From the UHGV virus genome UHGV-0187156: DNA of 6,220 bases. One strand, given 5' to 3'. The stretch is from a virus. Under the pieces are notes generated by a model. It saw only the letters and a list, made by a program, of their open reading frames with translations, did not search any database and was not told the DNA's origin. This document shows, piece after piece, positions 1 through 5,092 of this stretch (within the stretch, counting starts at the first letter, position 1; each line of letters opens with the position of its first letter). A program made the translations under genes and the position numbers.

Positions 1-261
1 ATGATTCGTATCGAGATTTTAAAATCAGATATTACAACACGTTCTTTTACTTCAAATGGAAAGGACGTAACTTTTTTTGAGCAAACAGCCTACATTCATC
101 TTGGTGATGATTATCCGGCTAAGTTTTCATTAACTCTGCAAAAAAACCAGCAGGCTTATGCACCCGGTGACTATACTGTACATCCTGGTTCTTTGCGTGT
201 CGGTAATTATGGTTCGCTTGAGTTTCAGCGAAATGTAATTTTAGTACCACTAAAACAATAA
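1..261 (+). CDS. V: ssDNA-binding protein (gene V protein family)
   Basis: 86-aa ORF. Recalled similarity to M13 g5p (MIKVEIK...QPAYAPGLYTVH...FGSL...LVPAK versus MIRIEIL...QQAYAPGDYTVH...YGSL...LVPLK here). First gene of the morphogenesis block. If circular, the AGGA at the window end sits 7 nt upstream of this ATG. Confidence 0.88.
   Translation: MIRIEILKSDITTRSFTSNGKDVTFFEQTAYIHLGDDYPAKFSLTLQKNQQAYAPGDYTVHPGSLRVGNYGSLEFQRNVILVPLKQ
63..75. repeat. degenerate motif copy GGACGTAACTTTT (right half-site intact)
   Basis: Inside gene V, encoding KDVTFF in the same frame as the other copies; the left arm diverges. Confidence 0.45.
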
Positions 262-266
262 CCGCC

Positions 267-437
267 ATGATTTTTTCTTTCTGCAATATTGAAACTAAAG
301 CCTGTAATGATTTTGACTTTAACATAGTCATTTCAGGTAGTAATTTCGGTATGTTTGAAGGTTTTTTAATGGTGATCGGCGCTTTCCTTATGGGGTTCGC
401 AATAGGCCATATATGGAAGACAATATTAAGACTTTAA
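267..437 (+). CDS. small hydrophobic minor coat protein, pVII/pIX-like; start uncertain (267, 351 or 369, all in frame)
   Basis: 56-codon ORF beginning 5 nt after the gene V stop with no SD, as in Ff gene VII translational coupling. Hydrophobic core GFLMVIGAFLMGFAIG with basic tail; DFDFNIV loosely recalls the ADFDTIY segment of M13 pVII. Lies between V and VIII, as VII/IX do in Ff. Confidence 0.4.
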   Translation: MIFSFCNIETKACNDFDFNIVISGSNFGMFEGFLMVIGAFLMGFAIGHIWKTILRL

Positions 438-458
438 ACTTTACTTTTGGAGAAACAA

Positions 459-611
459 ATGGAACCTACAAACGCACTGGCTGGACTGCTTAACGCAATT
501 AATTTTTCTGATCTGATCGCAATCATGGTGGGTGTCGGTACAGCCGGTATCTCATTCATTCTCGCTGTGGTTGGCGTGAAACGTTTCTGGACTCTGGTCA
601 AAGGTATTTAA
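459..611 (+). CDS. VIII: major coat protein (pVIII-like), 50 aa, no obvious cleavable leader
   Basis: GGAG at 447-450, 8 nt before the ATG. Acidic N-terminus (E, D), continuous hydrophobic core (IAIMVGVGTAGISFILAVVGV), basic C-terminus (KRFWTLVKGI) as in DNA-contacting tails of inovirus coat proteins. Followed immediately by a strong terminator, as gene VIII is in Ff. Confidence 0.72.
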   Translation: MEPTNALAGLLNAINFSDLIAIMVGVGTAGISFILAVVGVKRFWTLVKGI

Positions 612-627
612 CCCTTAACCATTTTCT

Positions 628-651
628 AAAGGGGCTTCGGCCCCTTTTTTT
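628..651 (+). terminator. rho-independent terminator after the major coat gene
   Basis: AAAGGGGC-TTCG-GCCCCTTT: 5-bp GC stem extended by A:T pairs, TTCG tetraloop, then a run of 7 T (645-651). Same position as the strong terminator downstream of gene VIII in Ff phages. Confidence 0.8.
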
Positions 652-665
652 ATAACGGTGATGTC

Positions 666-725
666 ATGTTTATTTTAGGAATTATTCTTGCACTTGCGTT
701 TATTGCTGGTCTTACGATGAGATAA
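666..725 (+). CDS. hypothetical 19-aa hydrophobic peptide (MFILGIILALAFIAGLTMR)
   Basis: ATG at 666 with GGTGA 5 nt upstream; stop TAA at 723-725, 5 nt before the gene III ATG. Entirely hydrophobic apart from the terminal R. Too short to call with confidence. Confidence 0.25.
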   Translation: MFILGIILALAFIAGLTMR

Positions 726-730
726 CCACT

Positions 731-1966
731 ATGACTACAAAAAAGTTACTTTTGCTCGGTTTATTACTTACCAGCTTTAGTGTTATGCCTTTTATTCAAT
801 TTGCCTATGTCGGAGAATCTTTAATCTCTGCTGGTCTTGGTCGTCTTTTTGCCTCCCGAGCTGCAACAGCTGCAACAGGTGAAGTCTTTACGAAATTACT
901 ACAAAGTACTGTTGCTTCCTCAAAGGCAATAATACAAAAGAACCTTTCAAATATTCCTTTAAAGTCAGCCTTAAGAACCGCTGGCGGTGGTACATTCCTT
1001 GCCGTTCTCGGTCAATCTGGAATCTCTATTTATGACTACTTCACAAACGAAAAAGTAACTTTTGACGGTAATCTAACTGATGAAAATTTAAAAGTAAGTC
1101 GTCCATCTGAAAACTCTTTAGGTGAACTTAAAGAATGGAACGGCACATTTATAGATCTTGTAACTGCTGAGGGAACCTCAGTTCGTGGATATCCGCAGCC
1201 ACCACTACTCAGGAAAGAAACATCAAGCAGATACGCTATTTATTCAGCAACGACTGATCCGAGACTTCAGGAGTGGATACAGAGCAGCAGTCCTACAATT
1301 TTCTCAAACTCCTACGTTCAACAGCCTGACGGTAAGGCGGTAAAGATGGATCTCTATCGTTACCAACGAACCTTCAAGACAGGTGAAACTGTAGACGTGC
1401 CGAAATTGTCGGATAAGGTGACTGGATCGGTTGCTGATGTCGTACCGAAGTCTAAGCTTGAAGAAACCGTACCGATTGATGTTCTTACGGATATGGTGAA
1501 CTCGATAACGCGAAACATTGAGGCTGATGCGACTTATGAGGGTGTATCTTTCCCTGATGTCTGGACTCGCGATCAGGTAGCAGCTGCTTTCCCTGGTGTC
1601 CGCTGGGTAGATTTAGTCAGGCCAATTGAAAAAGACATTCCTTCGATTCCGGTAATTAGCACACCTAATGCGGATGTTGTTCCTGACTGGGGAACTTCCC
1701 CAGATAATGGCGACCTTTCAGATCCTGAGGCGCCACCAATTTCCTCGATTATTCAGCCTTTCAAGATAATGCAGACTGATATAAATAACAGGCTTGGTTT
1801 TAATATTCCTGCTGGTGAATGTCCTGTGTTTACTGTGAACTTCTTCGGAAAAATAAAATCAGACAATACATTTTGTGAATTCATGAATAAGTACGCTGGC
1901 GTGCTTAGGGCAATTTTCTTAGCAATGTCATCAATTCTTGCTGTCCGTATTTTCTTAACTGCATAG
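731..1966 (+). CDS. III: minor coat / adsorption protein (pIII-like)
   Basis: 411 aa. N-terminal signal-peptide-like segment (MTTKKLLLLGLLLTSFSV), C-terminal hydrophobic anchor (AGVLRAIFLAMSSILAVRIFLTA), size and position match Ff gene III. N-terminal receptor-binding part not recognisably Ff-like, as expected for host-range domains. Confidence 0.75.
   Translation: MTTKKLLLLGLLLTSFSVMPFIQFAYVGESLISAGLGRLFASRAATAATGEVFTKLLQSTVASSKAIIQKNLSNIPLKSALRTAGGGTFLAVLGQSGISIYDYFTNEKVTFDGNLTDENLKVSRPSENSLGELKEWNGTFIDLVTAEGTSVRGYPQPPLLRKETSSRYAIYSATTDPRLQEWIQSSSPTIFSNSYVQQPDGKAVKMDLYRYQRTFKTGETVDVPKLSDKVTGSVADVVPKSKLEETVPIDVLTDMVNSITRNIEADATYEGVSFPDVWTRDQVAAAFPGVRWVDLVRPIEKDIPSIPVISTPNADVVPDWGTSPDNGDLSDPEAPPISSIIQPFKIMQTDINNRLGFNIPAGECPVFTVNFFGKIKSDNTFCEFMNKYAGVLRAIFLAMSSILAVRIFLTA
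741..753. repeat. dispersed motif copy AAAAGTTACTTTT (perfect)
   Basis: Exact 13-mer, 10 nt downstream of the gene III ATG (codons 4-8). Confidence 0.9.
1051..1063. repeat. dispersed motif copy AAAAGTAACTTTT (perfect; extended 19-nt identity with the 3211 copy)
   Basis: Exact 13-mer inside gene III, encoding NEKVTF in frame. AAACGAAAAAGTAACTTTT is shared with 3205-3223. Confidence 0.9.
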
Positions 1967-1973
1967 GTGATTT

Positions 1974-2261
1974 ATGTACGCTGTACTCTTATCTGCTTTA
2001 ACACTTATTGCTAAATTCTTCATTAAAGGCACTGTAATAAAATTCGTTTTTTTTTCAGCTCTTGCGTACTTCGTGATCGAAATGGTGCCTTACATAATCA
2101 CATTTTTTATGGGCGGAAATTATCTTGCTGGTGTATTTGATCAAATGCCGTCGGGTATTCTTTACTTTCTGAATGTGATTGATTTCAAGACATCCTTTCA
2201 AATCGTCCTGTCCGCTTATGTGGCGCGTTTTGTGGTAAGACGCTTACCGGTGGTGGGCTGA
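1974..2261 (+). CDS. VI: minor coat protein (pVI-like)
   Basis: 95-aa strongly hydrophobic protein directly after gene III. AGGTGA SD at 1965-1970 overlaps the gene III stop. Its stop overlaps the gene I start (TGATG), as in Ff. Confidence 0.72.
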   Translation: MYAVLLSALTLIAKFFIKGTVIKFVFFSALAYFVIEMVPYIITFFMGGNYLAGVFDQMPSGILYFLNVIDFKTSFQIVLSAYVARFVVRRLPVVG

Positions 2262-3241
2262 TGGCTATAAACCTCTATGTGGGCCTACAGGGCGCTGGTA
2301 AATCATACGAAAGTGTAAAATCCGTTGTCCTCCCAGCTCTTGCTCAGGGACAGCGTGTTGTATCTAATATTGAAGGTCTTGATTCTGAGAAGGTATACGC
2401 CTATGTAAAAAAAATATTTAAGGTAGATGAATCATCAATCGGCGAGCTTGTGTATGTAGAAGACGACCTCATAAAGCGAGATGATTTTTTTCCAACTGAG
2501 GATGGTGATTCACAATACGTAAAATACGGTGATCTGGTTGTAATTGATGAAGCGTGGAGATTTTTTGATAGTGAAAGAACTCTGTTACCTAATCACAAAC
2601 AATTTTTCGGTATGTTGCGCCATTATGGCTGTCAAATGGCTGTCATTAATCAAACAAACGGTTTATGCAAAAGTCTGCTCGGTAGAATACAGACAACCTA
2701 CAAAATGCACCGTGCGTTTTCTGTCGGTTTTAAAACAAGGTACTCAATAATTAGTTACAGCGGCTCTGAGATGCGAAAGCAAGATATTTACAAAACTCAG
2801 GCTTTTCTAAAATACAACCCTGAAATATTCAGTCTCTATAAATCAGAAAAGCAAAAAGCAGCTACAAAACTAGATAAGAGACAAAATATATGGTCGGTAT
2901 TCGGTTTGTTATTACTAACGATCGGCGTGCTGGCTGTCTCTGCTACTTTTCTTTTTAAAAAATTCTACGGTGTGACTCCTGAACGCTCAGTTCCTGCGTC
3001 ATCTACTCCTTTACATCAACAAGTACCAGTGCCTACTTCGAATTTTATAGATACAACACAAAAAGCAACTTCCTACAGATATGTAGGTTTCTATCAGAAA
3101 GATAATCAGCGTTTTGCTCTACTGAGGGATGAAAATCAACTTCTAGTAATCATCCCTTACTCAAGATGCACAAATGAAGGTCGCCGAACCTCTTGTGAGC
3201 ATGAAAACGAAAAAGTAACTTTTTATGGTGGTGTGAAATGA
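2261..3241 (+). CDS. I: assembly ATPase (pI / Zot-like)
   Basis: 326 aa. Walker A GLQGAGKS near the N-terminus, Walker B-like LVVIDEAW, single transmembrane segment IWSVFGLLLLTIGVLAVSATFLF, periplasmic C-terminal tail. Stop overlaps the gene IV start (ATGA). Architecture recalled from M13 pI. Confidence 0.88.
   Translation: MAINLYVGLQGAGKSYESVKSVVLPALAQGQRVVSNIEGLDSEKVYAYVKKIFKVDESSIGELVYVEDDLIKRDDFFPTEDGDSQYVKYGDLVVIDEAWRFFDSERTLLPNHKQFFGMLRHYGCQMAVINQTNGLCKSLLGRIQTTYKMHRAFSVGFKTRYSIISYSGSEMRKQDIYKTQAFLKYNPEIFSLYKSEKQKAATKLDKRQNIWSVFGLLLLTIGVLAVSATFLFKKFYGVTPERSVPASSTPLHQQVPVPTSNFIDTTQKATSYRYVGFYQKDNQRFALLRDENQLLVIIPYSRCTNEGRRTSCEHENEKVTFYGGVK
3211..3223. repeat. dispersed motif copy AAAAGTAACTTTT (perfect)
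   Basis: Exact 13-mer at the 3' end of gene I, encoding ENEKVTFYGG, ending 15 nt upstream of the gene IV ATG. Confidence 0.9.
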
Positions 3242-4452
3242 AAAAAATACTCTTAACTATGACTTTTCTCTTAAACTCCTTTTTCGTGAATGCAACGAAT
3301 ATTGACTTCTCGATAACGGATGCAGGCCTTAACGATGTGATAACCCTCGTATACTCGGACATCTTAAAAAAGCCGTTTATGTTAGATCCTGCAATAGTTG
3401 AGAAACCACAAAAAGTTACTTTTTACTTCACAAAAAATCAGGACTTCGAAAAAACTTTTTATTCCTACCTGAACAGCCTCGGTTACGAAGTGAAAACAAA
3501 ATCAGGTGTCGATTTCATCAGGATTGCTCCTGAGCGTGTTATGGCGCCTCCAAAAACATACGTATACGTTTACCAACCTTTTCACCGTACTGTTTCTTAT
3601 CTTTCAGACATCATTTCGAATTCATTACAAAACAACTTTTCAACTGTAACCGGGATTGGTGATGGGAACATGTCGCCCGGAACTGTAGCACCGGATAGCG
3701 CCGGGCAGCTGCTTAGCAGAACTGGCGATAGACTTGTATTTAATGGCACTCAAGCAAAAATAGAAGAGCTCAAAAAGCTACTAACAGAAATTGATGTACC
3801 TAGTCAGTCAGTAGAGATAACCGGGTATCTATACGAGGTGGCCACAAATAAGAAAAATGGATCAGGTATGCAGCTTGCTGCAAAACTACTTTCCGGAAAA
3901 TTCAAGATCGGCATGGGTACAACACGGGGTTACAGTAACTTCATCTCTCTTTCAACGGGTAGTGTCGATGCTCTCTATGAGCTGTTCTCAACTGATAACC
4001 GGTTCACGGTTGTATCTGCTCCACGTTTGACCGTTGATTCTGGCGAGAAAGCATCTTTTGCCGTTGGTGATGATGTGCCTGTACTCAATACAACAACAAT
4101 TACAGATGGAACTGTACAGCAGGGGGTTTCTTATCAAAGCGCTGGTGTTCTCTTCAATGTTTCTCCGGTTGTTATATCATCAAAAATAAGACTTAACTTC
4201 TCCCAAGAGCTTTCAAGTTTCGTTGAGACAACAACAGGCGTAAACGACTCACCAACCAAAACAAAACGCACAATTCAAAGCGTTGTAACTGTAGACAATG
4301 GCTCTATCATTGTTGTTGGTGGGTTAGCTTCAAGAAAGAAATCTGATAACAAAACGGGTCTCAGTTTTTTGCCTGATATTTTTGCGCAAAATTCAGACTC
4401 TGATGAGCATACTGATTTGATAGCTGTCATTCAGGTAAGAAAGCTGGGCTAG
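3238..4452 (+). CDS. IV: secretin (pIV-like outer-membrane export channel)
   Basis: 404 aa with N-terminal signal-like sequence. C-terminal region matches recalled M13 pIV secretin motifs (VVSAPRLTVDSGEKASFAVGDDVPV versus ILSVPRILTLSGQKGSISVGQNVPF; VVGGLASRKKSDNKTGLSFLPDI versus LLGGLTDYKNTSQDSGVPFLSKI). Confidence 0.88.
   Translation: MKKILLTMTFLLNSFFVNATNIDFSITDAGLNDVITLVYSDILKKPFMLDPAIVEKPQKVTFYFTKNQDFEKTFYSYLNSLGYEVKTKSGVDFIRIAPERVMAPPKTYVYVYQPFHRTVSYLSDIISNSLQNNFSTVTGIGDGNMSPGTVAPDSAGQLLSRTGDRLVFNGTQAKIEELKKLLTEIDVPSQSVEITGYLYEVATNKKNGSGMQLAAKLLSGKFKIGMGTTRGYSNFISLSTGSVDALYELFSTDNRFTVVSAPRLTVDSGEKASFAVGDDVPVLNTTTITDGTVQQGVSYQSAGVLFNVSPVVISSKIRLNFSQELSSFVETTTGVNDSPTKTKRTIQSVVTVDNGSIIVVGGLASRKKSDNKTGLSFLPDIFAQNSDSDEHTDLIAVIQVRKLG
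3411..3423. repeat. dispersed motif copy AAAAGTTACTTTT (perfect)
   Basis: Exact 13-mer inside gene IV, encoding QKVTFYF in frame. Confidence 0.9.
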
Positions 4453-4500
4453 CACGATGCCGGAGCGCCAGCGACGAAAGAGGGATAGACCAGCTTTCTT
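4437..4500. repeat. long imperfect hairpin spanning the gene IV stop (11-bp arms, about 42-nt interior)
   Basis: AAGAAAGCTGG at 4437-4447 is the reverse complement of CCAGCTTTCTT at 4490-4500. In Ff the packaging-signal hairpin lies immediately downstream of gene IV. Confidence 0.45.
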
Positions 4501-4519
4501 TCTCTCTCTCTTCTGTCAG

Positions 4520-4532
4520 AAAAGTTACTTTT
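4520..4532. repeat. dispersed motif copy AAAAGTTACTTTT (perfect, intergenic)
   Basis: Exact 13-mer in the IG, directly after the polypyrimidine tract and before the C-rich run. Confidence 0.9.
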
Positions 4533-4569
4533 CTTCCTCCCCCCGTTTTCGTTGCCTCTGTGTCAATCG

Positions 4570-4605
4570 CTTAATCGTGGGGGCCCCTTTGGGGTTCCGA
4601 TTAAG
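4570..4605. repeat. nested palindrome: 8-bp outer stem around GGGGGCCCC and CCCCTTTGGGG
   Basis: CTTAATCG (4570-4577) pairs with CGATTAAG (4598-4605). The interior holds two mutually exclusive GC palindromes, so alternative folds are possible. Confidence 0.5.
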
Positions 4606-4640
4606 TGATTTACACCACTCCCCTTTTCATACTTCCGCCT

Positions 4641-4672
4641 GGTCGTTGGGGAGGCATTTTTCCCCAACGACC
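4641..4672. repeat. perfect 12-bp stem hairpin with 8-nt loop
   Basis: GGTCGTTGGGGA (4641-4652) is the exact reverse complement of TCCCCAACGACC (4661-4672); loop GGCATTTT. Confidence 0.6.
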
Positions 4673-4697
4673 TGTTAAGCTGGTTTTGCCTTAAGTG

Positions 4698-4708
4698 CCG
4701 CGAAGCGG
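4698..4708. repeat. GNA-triloop mini-hairpin CCGC-GAA-GCGG containing GCGAAGC
   Basis: The heptamer GCGAAGC (4700-4706) is the classic exceptionally stable DNA mini-hairpin, here extended by flanking C:G pairs. Confidence 0.5.
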
Positions 4709-4792
4709 TTTGGGGTTCTAGTGACACCCAAACTTTGGTATGGGATCGCATACTTTTTCACACCCCGCACCGTCCGGAAGTTGACTTTCTAC

Positions 4793-4987
4793 CTAACTTT
4801 TTTTTTCGGCTAAACTGCTGAAATATGCCTCCGTACCGTCAAGGTCGCCGTTTTCCATCAGGTATAATGCAAGCTGAGTCCAGGTGATGCTTTTCTTGTA
4901 TGCGAAGCTAAGTTCAATTGCTTTTTGCTCTAGCCGTTTCTTAGTCGATAACGGCACCCGCATTGAGATAGTTTTTTTTGTATTCAT
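4793..4987 (-). CDS. hypothetical small DNA-binding protein, ribbon-helix-helix-like (candidate transcriptional regulator)
   Basis: 64 aa (MNTKKTISMRVPLSTKKRLEQKAIELSFAYKKSITWTQLALYLMENGDLDGTEAYFSSLAEKKS). Minus-strand context AGCAGGAGGATTC-ATG gives an AGGAGG SD 4 nt before the start. N-terminal basic strand (TISMRVP) followed by two predicted helices fits the Arc/MetJ/CopG ribbon-helix-helix layout. Divergent from gene II. The longer start at 5053 in the ORF track lacks an SD. Confidence 0.5.
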   Translation of the reverse strand: MNTKKTISMRVPLSTKKRLEQKAIELSFAYKKSITWTQLALYLMENGDLDGTEAYFSSLAEKKS

Positions 4988-5023
4988 GAATCCTCCTGCT
5001 CTTACTTTACAGCAGACTTGCAG

Positions 5024-5052
5024 TTGCATAAATAATAGAATATGTGTATACA
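5024..5052 (+). promoter_or_regulatory. candidate sigma70 promoter for gene II (TTGCAT, 17-bp spacer, TATACA)
   Basis: -35-like TTGCAT at 5024-5029 and -10-like TATACA at 5047-5052 with a 17-bp AT-rich spacer, about 40 nt upstream of the gene II ATG. The -10 overlaps the 8-bp palindrome TGTATACA (5045-5052). Sequence-only prediction. Confidence 0.35.
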
Positions 5053-5092
5053 TAGATACAGGGATTCAGGGATACGGGTAAGGTGCTAAATA

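Larger units (their letters stand above)
4453..4792. promoter_or_regulatory. intergenic region with multiple hairpins; candidate packaging signal and replication origins
   Basis: No credible coding capacity. Contains an 11-bp inverted repeat (4437-4447 / 4490-4500), a polypyrimidine tract, a nested GGGGCCCC palindrome, a 12-bp perfect-stem hairpin and a GCGAAGC mini-hairpin. Position between gene IV and gene II matches the Ff IG. The nick site cannot be assigned from sequence alone. Confidence 0.6.

Noticed and set aside
119-331. 70-aa minus-strand ORF
   Set aside because: Antisense to gene V and the VII/IX-like ORF, no SD, no recognisable features. Probably a chance ORF in AT-rich sequence.
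2544-2750. 68-aa + strand ORF inside gene I
   Set aside because: Alternate frame fully inside the well-supported assembly ATPase gene; no SD; cysteine-rich with no domain-like pattern.
3150-3362. 70-aa minus-strand ORF across the gene I / gene IV junction
   Set aside because: Antisense to two well-supported genes, no SD, low-complexity histidine/lysine-rich translation.
4457-4678. 73-aa + strand ORF in the intergenic region
   Set aside because: Covers the polypyrimidine tract and the hairpin palindromes; translation is low complexity (R/S/P/F-rich); no SD. The region is better explained as structured origin/packaging DNA.
4563-4751. 62-aa minus-strand ORF in the intergenic region
   Set aside because: Overlaps the same hairpin cluster, no SD, no domain-like pattern.
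4988-5053. N-terminal extension of the minus-strand ORF (start at 5053 in the ORF track)
   Set aside because: The upstream ATG has no SD and would place the start inside the predicted divergent promoter; the internal ATG at 4985-4987 has an AGGAGG SD.
4884-5081. 65-aa + strand ORF antisense to the RHH-like ORF
   Set aside because: Start has no properly spaced SD, translation is featureless, and it runs through the predicted gene II promoter. The minus-strand ORF has the far better SD and protein-like composition.
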